From the NCBI RefSeq assembly GCF_000143415.4, contig NW_003314261.1, positions 124,001 to 188,000 on the forward strand: DNA of 64,000 nt, in the 5' to 3' direction. Shown here in pieces: positions 1-12,183 of the stretch; within the stretch, counting starts at the first letter, position 1; each line of letters begins with the position of its first letter. A model generated the notes under the pieces. That model worked only from the letters and a program-made list of their open reading frames with translations, made no database searches and was not told where the DNA came from. The translations under genes and the position numbers were made by a program. The stretch comes from Selaginella moellendorffii. Lineage: Eukaryota > Plantae > Lycopodiophyta.

Positions 1-150
1 CCAGCGTTTTCCTTCCGTTGATCGGGCAAAGAAGAACCGTTCTAGGGTTACAAGTTGTATTGCGAGCGACTGTCACTGATCTCCACAAGTGCTTGGTGAA
101 GGATTTATGGGAAGAGTTCGCTTGCAGCACAAGGCGTTCAACTCCTCCGC

Positions 151-438
151 ATGCTTTATTTCGTTAAAGTGGGACTTTTCATTATCCCATTTATGGTGTG
201 TGGCCACATGCCATTTTTATAACAACAATAAAAAATTGAAGTTTTAACTTTATAATTTATAAATTAAAAATTTTTCATATGATTTTGTGTTATAATATTG
301 TGAAATATAAAAAAAAAAATTAAAAAACTGATAGAAATATTAATAAATATTAATTAAGTACTAGGAAATAGCATGTGGACACATGCTAATTAATGTCCCA
401 CTTTACTGAATAAGTCCCACTTTAACGAAATAAAGCAT
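151..438. mobile_element. 288-bp MITE, non-autonomous relative of the TIR element at 30391-42726
   Basis: 27-bp perfect TIR ATGCTTTATTTCGTTAAAGTGGGACTT / AAGTCCCACTTTAACGAAATAAAGCAT, flanked by direct repeat TCCGC (146-150, 439-443). AT-rich interior. Near-identical copy at 56650-56937. Confidence 0.93.
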
Positions 439-1019
439 TCCGCGGACAAAGTGAAGTCAACTCTAGTCAACTCATGTCCCAGGGGAAGTGGACTGGCAAA
501 GCGGGTGACGGGATACTCTTTGTGTTCGAAGGAAGGCTGGCTATGGATGTTAGGCATGGGCATGGAACGGTCGTGAACGGGTTTAGTCAACCATGGTAAA
601 CCTCTGGTTGACCGACCCCAGCTATTGAGAAGTGTGACGAATCCATGCGCGTCTGTGACATAGTGATGCCTTCGCAAACCAAGCGCAAGGCCCCCGCAGT
701 AAAAGAAAATCTTTCAGCATTGATTCAAGCAGATCAGAGACTTAATTGAACATGAAGAAGTTAAGGTGGTGGAGGCAACGACGTTGAGAGCGGCATGAGT
801 TCTTCCAGAGCGCCATGATCCCGCTCCAGATGATCTTTGAGCTTGTCATCGGCATTCGCCTCCACAAAAACGACGCCTTCGTTTTTGAAGCTCATGCGAT
901 ACTCCGGCTGCTTACATGAGGATCGTTTTTGGAGCTGATTCGTCCCGTCCATTCTCGGTAGTAGCCTAGCAGCCCAGAAAGGCTGTGTTTGAGCTTCTCA
1001 GTTGATCCTTGTGGCGCTT

Positions 1020-2280
1020 GAGTGTAGGTCAGCACTACCGGCTCAACGATTCTGGGAACAATGGTGTCTATGGGGTGAGAAACACATGATTCAGAGTGGG
1101 ATCTGTAGTTGGAGTTGTGATTCTTGAAAATATCAAGTTGGGGGTCAGCTTCTCAATTCGAAATGACATGCCAATAGTCATTGTTTCATTCAACAGACAG
1201 TGAAGACTGTTTGATATGACTGGAAAAGCCTTAATAGGGAGCTAATCAATACTCAGGAAATGAGCTGTATGAGCTCTGCTGCGATTTTTAAATGCTGACA
1301 GTTTTCGGCACGAAAAAAATTGTTTAGTCCCAACCTGTTTACAACGTGCCAGTGGAAGCAGTGTTAGTTGAAGTGAGAAACACGTTATTCATGATTCGGA
1401 GGATCTGCAGTGATTCTTGGAAAGATCAAGCTGGGGGTCAGCTTCTCAATTGCACATTGCACACTATTTATGGGGGAGCTGAAGAATCTCCAAACCGTCT
1501 GGCTTGATTACAGTAATTTCACCCATCTACGTTGATAAACGTGCAGGAAACTTGTTGAGCTGGATTTATCTGGTAATTACTTCACTGGCAAAATGTTAAC
1601 AACTGCACTTCCCGTGAATATGACCTCAATTGACTTGATTTTTAACAGGTTCAAGGGTTCACTGCCACATTCCTTTTGCAACGAGAGACCTGTAACCTGG
1701 ACTCACATAAGTTTGGTAAGAGTCTATACATTTTTGATCTTTCATTCAACAACTTTCATGGTCAACTCGCCATCAACTGCAGTGATCAAAACTTAAAGAT
1801 TGCAAAGAACAGACTGGTGGGGGAAATTTGAGAGCCTTTTTAGTGCAGCTGATACTGTAGAACTGTCTGAGAACATTTCACAGGCAGCATACCACAGCAT
1901 GCTGGAATCAATAGTCGTGTTGTCAACTTCAGCTACAACAACATGACTGGAGCTATCCCAGACACAGTCTGCAAATGGAGTAGTACAGTGATCATATCCT
2001 TTGCACACAACAACCTGGAAGGTAGCATTCCCAGCTGTATTGCCAACCTCACTAACCTGCGGATTTTTGACCTGTCACACAACAATTTGTCTGGCGAATT
2101 ACCCAAATCTCTTTCCAGCTTATGCTCATTTGGGCCAAGACTTTGCGACTTCAAAACAGATTATTTAGACAAGGGAGTCATCGATAGTTTTGTATTCACC
2201 TTCAGCTTGTATGTTGAGAAGCAGATCATTCACCTTGAAAAAATCCTCTTCAGCAACATGACATTCCTTGACCTCTCCAG
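1020..2280 (+). pseudogene. Degenerate plant LRR receptor-like protein/kinase fragment
   Basis: Plant extracellular LRR consensus in ORF 1943-2314 (NNLEGSIPSCIANLTNLRIFDLSHNNLSGELP) and 1593-1796 (IDLIFNRFKGSLP). Frameshifts and stops. LRR pattern breaks at FLDLSS near 2281. Confidence 0.8.
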
Positions 2281-2492
2281 CCTTCCAGCGCTTGCATCAA
2301 CAGGGGCCTCCTGACAAAGCGGGTAGTAGCTGCCGTCTTTGGGTAGCTGGGTACCGTCAAAGCTTTAATCATGTTTCACATGGCTTCTTTCAGCCTCTAA
2401 AAGAGAATCGACAAGAAGTTAATGGAGATTATTAAATTCGTGAAAGTCCTGGGGAATTTCTGGGGAATTTGCAGCTAGGGAAACTCTAAACC

Positions 2493-5400
2493 CTAAACCG
2501 GAACCAGCTGGGGAATTTGCAGCTGCTCTCCCATTTCCTGTGATGCCCCCGAGCTTGCGATTCTCTGTTTCGCAAAATCAGTCAATTCTTCGTTCTTCTC
2601 CATCCCAATCACATGTCTCCCAGAGTCAAGAGCTGCCAACAGTGTAGTTCCAGTCCCAGTTCCAATCTCTGCCAAATAATAATTAATAGATATAATACCA
2701 TTGAAAACCAAAAACTCAGCATGATAACTGATCCTTGTCTGGTCTATCCACCAGCATGTTACTCGTAATCAATTTCAAAGAATTTATTGTATGTACTGCT
2801 CTTGATGTTGCAAGATCAATAACTGAACAATTATCTCCTGCATACGCGAAATATGTCATCCACGTTCAAATCTTGAAATCATACATTTATTCCATCACGA
2901 TAGCCCCATCCTTTAGGTCTGTAAACTTTGTAGACACCAGTCATGTCCAGTTTCACTACTCTTGCAACCTTGCTGACCGAAGGAACTATATCTAAGGACA
3001 CAAACAGCATCATGTAACCGGTACTCTGCCACATTCATTCCTGAAACAGCACTAGCTCAACCTGCATTTCTCCAGTGTTAGATGTCGTTTGTGTTGCAAA
3101 GATGTTGTTTAGTAAGTCCATCACCACTAGTTTAAAGCCAAAGTTACCGACTCTTCTGTGAATGGTGTTGCTTCTCCTCGAGGACCTTCTGCAGCATGAC
3201 ATAAGTGCTAGCTGACTCTATGTCTTCCAAAAGTAGATGACTTCCAAGGACAGCAACGTCACAGCAAGCTATAACTCACGCTCCCTTGTACTATCGATTT
3301 TATCGGAGTGAACAGCACCAGATCATCCTTGATATCCAACCAAATAGGGGCCACCACATCACTAAGTTGCATTACTGGAATCGGTCTTGATAGTCTAGCT
3401 GTGTCTGCAGGAAACACAATTGTTGCTGGTCCTAAACCCGGCCCTCCTCCACTCCCTGCCACAGCCACCTGACTCCCCTGTGCTTTCTTGCGAGATATTC
3501 CCTTCATACTCTTGTGCACCTCCTCCAACCTCCAAAGAACAGTGCGTCGATCTGCACTATGGTTCTTGAACAGTTTTGCCTCCCATGATGGAACTACTCT
3601 GTTCGGGAAATCAATCCAAAACAGATAGTGCGCGTTCGAACACAGAGAGTTGCTGGTGCATATTACTCCACATCTGTGGTTCCGAATGATGGTTTTTCTA
3701 CGAAAGCATCTCTTCCACTGGTTCTTAAGCTCAATAAGAACCTAAGAACACATTATAGTTATCCAGAAATCATGAAAGCTTACCTGTAAATTATTCTCCG
3801 GCCAGATTGTTCTTTTTCAAACCAGTTCTCTGGTTCTGTCGAGTATGTGAAGTTGAGACAATCATATAGCTATAGTGGCTGGTATATCTTCAAGTTGCAG
3901 TTAACGCGCATCTCGTCGTACCACTTCAGAAAATTCCCTTTTTCCCCGAGCTTGTGATCGTCTATTTTAAACTCGTCCATTATTGTAGCAGCTTCTTCAC
4001 GAATGATCTGCAAATACTGGTCAATTACAAACCACTTCAGCCACAAAGCATCCTGTAATCTTGATAGTCCGAGCAGCTGCTGCTGTGGCTTTCTGTCCAG
4101 AATGTAGAGCTTATTAAAATACCACATCCTTTTCTCCTTTGTCAACTTTGACTCCGACATTGCATATAATTTCTCCAATCCCACCCACTTGTGGATCGAT
4201 GTAACAGCTTTGTACCAATCATCTCCCAGTTCAGGATCTATGATGGACAGCAGCTTCTGCATTCACTTTTCATGCTTCTGACACATCTGTTCCTGGAGAG
4301 ATTCGGCTTTTTTTATATCCCAGGTTTTACATCCCAGATTCGGCAGGAAAGACTGTAAGTAAAAGGCATTACAAAACTTTGACCTTACCCTGAACATTAT
4401 TTTGGCGTAGATGATGGGTGCCAAGCTGCTTTGCCTGCTGGACTGTCCTTCCAGACCTTGACATTTGTTCTGTATACTTCACTGAGAGAGTTAACCAGTC
4501 TCCAGACCCCCTTTTCACTTACATAGCACGTTTTGATCGCCAACAGAAGGTGCGGTGTTGTTGTCTTTATCATAGTTACGGACGAGCTGGAAATAAAATA
4601 TAATCCAGTGTTACGTGAAAAAGATCTAACTGTTGATTTACTTCAGCATCATAACCAGTTCCAGATCATCCACACCTTCCGCGTTTATGAAACTTGCACG
4701 AATTCTTACCACCCATGTCTTTTTGTTTATTGTGTCCTCCCTATACAGCTTTGATAACGCTTGCAACCTGTGGTTTCCATCCTAAGTCTTGAAGATCTTC
4801 ATCGAAAGAAGTGGAAGCCACTCTTTCTTCTTCTCCAGCCTCAATTCTGCTTCAAACTCTTCATGCAGTGCTTCAGCTTCTTCACATCTGCTGTTGTCTC
4901 TCTCCCCGCTCGACATAAGCTTATGCAGATCCGCCTTGTTTACCCTCCTAACAACTTCATTAGGCAAAAGCCTGCATACTGGGACGTCTGGTGGATCTCC
5001 AAAGCCGCGAACTAAGATCCTAGCAAGTAGGCCCGTGCTGGTTTCAAAATGCAAGCTTGCAGGATTACTGTAGACGTCCGCTTCCTGCTGAGGCTCAACT
5101 TGTTTAGCTTTATCTCTCCACCTTTTTGATTCGTCACCACCTTTGTCTGTTTTCTTCTTGGCACGCTTCTTAGATCCTCCGGCCTCTGTTCCTTATCTAT
5201 CAGAATGACCCCGTCATGCGCCTGGGTGCCTGAAAATTGAAATGCCTGCATTGTGTCCAAACCAGCTTCGGGTTGCTTGGCATTCACGTCCTCAACCAGT
5301 GTGACATTTTCGTCCAACTCATTTGGCAGCTCTGGCAAGTCGTCAATCTGTTCCTCCAGCCCCTTACAACAACCTTGTTAACAACCTTCACCGTCTCAAG

Positions 5401-5510
5401 ATTTTGCTGAGAATTGTTTATTCCGCTCATCGCTCTGCACTTGGGGACAAGAGACTTTACAAAAGCCTGTGCTTCAGCTTCACGTTGTGTGGATGGCTAC
5501 AAATTCTTTG
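2493..5510 (-). pseudogene. Locus A: multi-exon ParB/Srx-like + beta-class DNA methyltransferase-like fusion gene, disrupted
   Basis: VPVCRLLPNEVVRRVNKADLHKL (ORF 4782-5054), then a stop and DGNHRLQAL (rc of ~4755-4781) give the ParB-like motif. ORF 2493-2711 has SAM-binding motif I GTGTGTTLLAALDSGRHVIGMEK. DLVLFTP (ORF 3259-3528) lies where motif IV is expected. Gene ends are approximate. Confidence 0.72.
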
Positions 5511-5659
5511 ACTTCAATCTAGCTGAACTTCTTCGCATTCTGTAATAAAAAAATGTTAATCACTTATATGAAATGATTAAAAGAAAGATTGAAATGAGTC
5601 CTCAGGCCAGATCTAAAGCTCTGGGTGTGAGGTCACCAGCTTCAATAGATGGTGGAATT

Positions 5660-6015
5660 AAGGTTTGCCATTGGGGGCATACTCTGAGTTGAAGCACTCC
5701 CACCATACCTAGTGACTGCATGGGAGATTGTCGACTTCCCAAGTCGGTCGGTTTTGCCCCCATTGGGGGCATACGCTGAGTCAAAGCACTCCCACCATAC
5801 CCATCGACTGCATAAGAGATTGCCGACTTCCCAAGTCGGGGTTTTGCCCCCATTGGGGGCATACGCTGAGTCAAAGCACTCCCACCATACCCACCGACTG
5901 CATGGGAGGATGCCGACCTCCCAAGTAGGTGGGTTTTGCCCCCATTGGGGGCATATACTGGGGACACGAGCAGTGTACATCCCACCGACTACATAGGAGG
6001 ATGAGTCGGTGGGAC
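5660..6015. repeat. Tandem array of ~88-92 bp units (3-4 copies) with internal palindromes
   Basis: Units repeat GTTTTGCCCCCATTGGGGGCATAC...CACTCCCACCATACC...CCGACTTCCCAAGTCGG. Palindromes are TGCCCCCA-T-TGGGGGCA and CCGACTT-CCC-AAGTCGG. Lies just 5' of gene A. Confidence 0.9.
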
Positions 6016-6335
6016 GGAAATCATTCCTGAGTCACTGCTGACTGAAGGAGTTGGTGATATCAATTCCAGTCGGTGGGAGGAGAAGGTGAGGCTGAAAAAG
6101 ATTAAGGGATCTGAGAGGGAGGAAAGGCTGAGTGTGGGCTGATGGAGGTTTGAGGATATGAGGCTGACGGTGCTTCATGGATCTGACTCATAAATTTGTA
6201 AGTTGAAGGACGCGAGGCACGGCCTTGGCATATCTTCTGCTGGAGGGGCGGCGACCATGAGGCGGAATGCAAAGGAAGTCCATGATGCTGATCTCACCTC
6301 TTGCGCTTCAAACAAGCTCCTCGCTCTGAACAACC

Positions 6336-6628
6336 GACATTTCACTGGACCTTATCTCAATGTTAAAAGAATGTTAAATGCAAAACTACATCAGAGCCAA
6401 TATTTAAAAATATTATTCTATTAGAAATAAAATTATACCAATTATTAAAAGTGGCTATAATCTAAACTCCATAAATTTTACCAAGCAAAGATAATATAGC
6501 AACATTTAATAATTGATATATTTGTATTTCTAGTAGAATAATATTTTTAAATATTGACTCTAATGTAGTATTACATTTAACATTCTTTTAACATTGGGGT
6601 TTCTTGAGATAGGGTCCAATGAAATGTC
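6336..6628. repeat. AT-rich foldback (long imperfect inverted repeat), MITE-like
   Basis: GACATTTCACTGGACCTTATCTCAA pairs with TTGAGATAGGGTCCAATGAAATGTC, and the arms continue imperfectly for >100 bp. No target duplication seen. Confidence 0.75.
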
Positions 6629-7294
6629 AGAGTTTTAAATTTTTTTTTTGTAAATGATGATTTTTAAATTGTAACGGATAGATTAACAAATTCTAAGAAA
6701 GGGAATACAGGACATTAATGGTGGGCAATCAGTAAGATGCTAAATCGTACTGGAATGTGTGTTTTGCATTATTGCACATCGCATCTTGCATTGAAACATT
6801 AAACATTCACATTGCATGGAATAAACATTTCTGTTACATTAGTCCGAAATTCTTGTGGTTCTGGAAGAGGACATGGTCACAATCTGCCAAAGAATGTTGA
6901 GTAAGTATTTTAAAGAAGATGAAGATGGATTTGTTTTTGTTTTTGACAATGATTTGCATGTGGAATTATTGGTTTCTTCGTCTAAGGATTATATGTTGTT
7001 GCAAATGATAGAACATGATGGAGTGGGATGGAAGGAGGAGATTTTATCATCTACTTTGCAATGGTTTGGAAAGGCAAATTTTACAAAACTGGTTTGAGGG
7101 AGCTAGAGGTCTAGCCATTGGTCCAGTGTGGAGGTGCATTCATTGTTACGGACGATACGGATGGAACACACGAGTTCGGTGGGATGTGATAGGGCTTGAA
7201 GTTAGGATATTAGTCTGGGAAGCAATTGGCCATGAGTGCTGGTCCATCTGGAGAGTGATTGGAGTGCAAGCATTTTGGGAGGCATGGAACCATT

Positions 7295-10200
7295 TGTTAG
7301 GTGCCAGCTTTGACCACATGGTCAACGTTGGTCAAAAGGAGGCTCAAGGGTATATAAGGCATGTTAGGGTAAGGGATAAAACCCTACCCTAGGGCTCACA
7401 GTGGAGCAATGGTGCAGTGGAGCTTTTGAGATGGTTGGGTGGTAAGGAACCTTAAGAGGTGGTGTAGCATAGTTTAGGGCGACTAAATCTCTGTCTTTTT
7501 GTGCCAGATTATAACATTGGTATTAGAGGAGTTGGTTGTGATGGCCGACCAAGTTGAACGTTGGAATCCTATTATCGATGGTGGTGCCGACGATGGTGCC
7601 GACGAAGCTGCGGAGATTTGGACCATTCAAGATGTGGTTCATGAGCTACGAGCCTTTAATCAAAATTAGCAAGAGATGCAAGACGAGATGCATGGTATGA
7701 TGGATACCATGCGTAGGCTTGTTGAGGCACTCAAAGCTAGACGGGGTAGCGCTCCAAATAAGCCTTCTTTGGTAGATCGACTCAAGATTCCAACCTTTTC
7801 CAGTGATGGTGGTGTGGACAAGTGTCTCCCAATGTGAAGAAGTTCTTGGCTGCTAGGGGAACTCTAGATGTAGAGGCTTTAGTGGCTATTCTAATGGTTT
7901 TGCGTGGTAGGTCTTCGATGGTGGAATTAGCTTGAGGAGTTTCGTGTTGCAGATAAGAAACCACTAGTGTCTACCATAGATGAGTTTAAGGCTACTTTCC
8001 ATTTATGTTTTGCCCCTTATTACAACGTGGAGAATGATCGTACAGAACTTTGACATTTCTAACAAGGGAAAATGATGCTCAGGGACTATATTGAGAAGCT
8101 TACTTGCTTGATTAGTCATGTTCCAACAAAGGATCCAGATCAAAACAAGTCCTACTTCATTGATGGCTTACATAGTGAGAGCATGCGGTAACACTTGCAT
8201 CATTCTCAGCCTACAAAGAGTTTGGAGGAGCTCTTTGATGCGGCTCATCGACTTGACAATGACAACCACAAGTCTCACAAGCATTCGCAGAGTCCTTTTG
8301 TTGAGAATCGTTGTGATGATTGCCATGGACACAAGGATGGGAACAAGCATCACAAGTTGAAGTCGGTGGTAACTACTTCGGATGTAAAGGGGTCTAAGAA
8401 GCAGAAGTTCTTTGTGAAGAATTATAGACAGGGTTGTCATCATTTTGGCGAACTTGGACACTACAAGGTTGATTGTCCGCAGTTGAAGAACAAGCAGTAG
8501 GACAAAAAGAATGGCCAATCTTCTTCTCATGGTAAGTTAAATACTAAAAAGTTGCAAACTTTGCAACATGAGGATGATAAGAACAACCATTCCGGTTGGA
8601 GGAAGAGACTTTCGATTGTTGCTCATTAGCTCAATTGTGTGTGGAACAAGATGGAGCTCAAAAATACACATGAATCAGCTTTAATGCTAGAGGGCGTGTT
8701 CCATGGCGATCTAGTGCGGATTTTACTGGATAGTGGGAGTAATAACAACTTTGTTTCAGCAAAGTTTGTTGCGGAGCATGGCCTAGACATACGTGGAGTT
8801 CTTCCATACACAGTGGAAGGTGTAGCTACCTCTACTTAGCATTTCGATGTTTGTGTCGAGGGGTTGGAAGTGTTGGTTGGCAAAACCACACTTGTGCAGA
8901 CTTTTTATTTCGCAGATATCTATCGCGTGGATCTCATTCTTGGGATGCCATGGTTGGTGAAGGTGAATCCAGAGATAAAGTGGAGTATCAAGTGTATCTC
9001 ATTGGAATATAGTGGCATTAAAAATGTGTGGTTTGGCGAGGGTGTTTAACCACTAGTTGTTATGCTTTCTACTATATCTTTGAAGCGGGTTTATCATAAT
9101 GGGAAAACACTTTTGAGTTACTTGCTATTTATTCGTGACTTGGGGGACCAAGGCACCTGTGGGGGGAGAAGCAGTAGTATGGGATGTACTTGATGAGTTT
9201 TCTAATATTTTTCCATCTGAACTTCCTCATGGATTGCCTCCATTACGAGGTGTGGAGTATGGGATTATATTGGAGCCAGGGACGTGGCCAATTTACCGGT
9301 GTCCATTTCGGTTAAGTTATGAGGAGGAGCAAGAAGTTTAACGACAAGTCAATGAGTTACTTGAGTTTGGATTTATTCAGCCAAGTAAATCTCCGTTTTG
9401 TGCTCTAGTCTTGCTTGTGAAGAAGAAGGACGGTTCAATGCGGATGTGTATTGATTATTGCACTTTGAACAAGAAGACAATGAAGGATAAGATGTCAATA
9501 CCACGTGTGGATGATATCCTAGACAAGCTTGGTGAAGCACGAGTGTTTACCAAGATTGATCTAAAGAGTGGGATATCATCAGATTGCAATGGATGATGCA
9601 TCTATCTCCAAGACGGCATTTAACACAAGCTTCAAACATTTTGAATTTACAGTTATGCCATTTGGTTTGACAAATGCACCAGCCACATTTACTCAGTTGA
9701 TGACGGAGGTATTTAGGCGTTATCTTCATGAGTTTGTGGAGATTTTCTTAGATGATATTCTTGTTTTTAGCAAGAATATGGAAGAGCATAAGGTGCATTT
9801 GTGCAAGGTTTTTTTTGTTACTCTGAGATAGCAAACTTTATGCGAAGAAGAGCAAATATGAATTTGCAAAGTTGGAGGTGGAATATCTAGGCCATATTGT
9901 GACATTTAAGGGTGTCAAGATGGATCCAAGGAAGGTGGCTGTGGTGGAAAACTAACCTACACTGACTATAGTGGCCAAGTTGTGTAGTTTTCTTGGTATG
10001 GCTAGTTACTACTGATGTTTCTAGCATAAGTTTGCAGAGGTGGCTATTCCTTTGATGCGGTTGTTAAGCAAAAATGTGCCATTCGAGTGGAAGAAGCAAA
10101 AGGAGAGTTTTGTGGCGCTGAAACGATTGTTGAGCAACACTCCAGTGCTTTGCATTGCTGATCCATTGAAACCTTACGAGGTGACACACGATATGAGTGG

Positions 10201-12177
10201 TTATGCACTGGGAGGAGTTCTCATACAAGAGGGACAGCCTATTGCATATGAGAGTCGAACTTTGAATTCCACAGAGCAATGCTATTCCATATATGAGCAA
10301 GAGTTACTCTCGATTGTTCATGCTTTGCGGATGTGGCAGCACTATCTTTATGGTGCAGTGTTTGTGGTGTTGACAGATCACAAACCACTTGTGTATCTTT
10401 TCACATAAAAGGAGTTGAACACTAGGCAAGCTCATTGGATGGTCAAACTCATAGAGTTTGGAGAGTTTCCTATTGAGCATCGTCTGGAAAAATCAAATGT
10501 GGTGGCAAATGCTTTATCTCATGTTCGTCATGTGATGACGTTACAAGCACGATTTTGTCATCACTTGAGTAAGGTGGTCAGCGAGTTTGGGCAGTTGGTT
10601 GAGCATTCTCAGGCTCAGGATGCCGAGGTGACCTCTTTGTGAGACCAGATAGAAGCCCCTTTCTCATTGGTGGATGGGATTCTCTACTATAATGGCTGTG
10701 TATATTTGCCACAGGTGGATGCGTTAATTACTCAAGTTTTATTCCATTATCATAATTGTCCAGAGGTTGGTCATTTTGGGGGGAAGAAGACGTATGAGTT
10801 GATTAAGTGCAATTTTTATTGGAGGAATATAAAGGTTGATATCCTCAAGTATTGTAAATCATGTGAGCTTTGTCAGTGGGTTAAGGTGCCACAGGAGAAG
10901 CCAGGGGGACTTTTGCAACCTTTACCTATTCCTCAGAGTCGTTGATGTAGTATCTCTATGGACTTCATCACTTGTTTGCCATGAACACAAAGGCAAAAGG
11001 AGCAAGTATCATAGTGGATCAGTTGACGAAGTATGTGCGATTGTTGGCTCTTCGGAAGACTGTCACTATCTTAGACTTGGCTGCAGTTTACTTGGAGAAT
11101 GTTTTTCCTAATTTTGGTTTGCCGGAGGACATCATTAGTGATTGAGATTCAAAGTTCACCAATGGATTTTGGAAAAGCTTTGCAAAGGCTATGCAAGTGA
11201 CTTTGAAACTCTCGAGTGGAGATCATCCTCAGACAAATGGGCAAACCGAGCGTGTGAATCAGGTGGTGGAGGATATGCTACATTGCAGCATTGGTCAAAG
11301 GCAAGGACAGTGGGATTTATATCTTCCGTTGGTGCAATTTGCTTACAACAATAGCCAACATAGTGGAACTAAGCTAAGTCCTTACTTTGCCATGTTTGGA
11401 AGGCATCCTCAAATAGTAGTGGAGTTGGGATTGCATTTGAATAAGGACATTCAAGATAAACTTGATTCCAAGGCGACTAATCTGGCCATAGAACTTGATG
11501 AGATTCTAGTGGCATGCAAACGAAATTTGCAAGCAGCTCAGGATAGAGCGGAGAAGTTTGCCAATGAGCATTGCCAATTCCGGGAATATAAGATGGGTGA
11601 TCTTGTCTTTGTGCGAGTGATCTTTCCGTCAAATGAGCGGCAGAACACCTTGGTGCTTTTATGGACAGGGAAGAGTGATAAACTTTCCTATCGATATGCT
11701 AGTCCATATGAAGTGCTTAAAATACCAAATGAATTTTCACCCTAGCTGGCAGCCGCACCCGATAAGCCGCTTTACCAATGTGCTTTTGTCAGCCAATTGA
11801 AAGGTGTACTATCTCGGAGTGTCGGGCCCAATGCCTCCTTGATGTATACGGCTGTGGAAGATGGACCAGGAGCTTGAGCAGGGTTCCCAAGAAAGGGTGA
11901 TCACCAGTACAATTGGGACAAGGACTTTGTTGGGGGGGAAGAATTGTTAGGTGCTAGCTTTGACCATGTGGTCAATATCGGTCAAAAGGAGGCTCAAGGG
12001 TATATAAGGCATGTTAGGGTAAGGGACAAAACCCTACCCTAGGGCTTAGAGTGGAGCGGCGGTGCAATGGAGCTTTTGAGGTAGCTCGGGGGTAGTTGGG
12101 TGGTGAGGAACCTCAAGAGGTGGCATAGCATAGTCTAGGGTGACTAAATCTCTATCTTTTTGTGCTGGATCATAACA
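7295..12177 (+). mobile_element. Full-length but decayed Ty3/Gypsy LTR retrotransposon (short-LTR family, copy 1)
   Basis: LTRs 7295-7516 and 11945-12177 (TG...CA), TSD CCATT, tRNA-Met-type PBS at 7517, PPT GGGGGGGAAGAAT. Domains in order: gag with zinc knuckle, protease LLDSGS, RT FLDDILV, RNase H, integrase HPQTNGQTER. Many stops. Confidence 0.95.
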
Positions 12178-12183
12178 CCATTG

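Noticed and set aside
5602-5996. Overlapping repetitive ORFs
   Set aside because: Translations of the ~90-bp tandem array with no protein signature.
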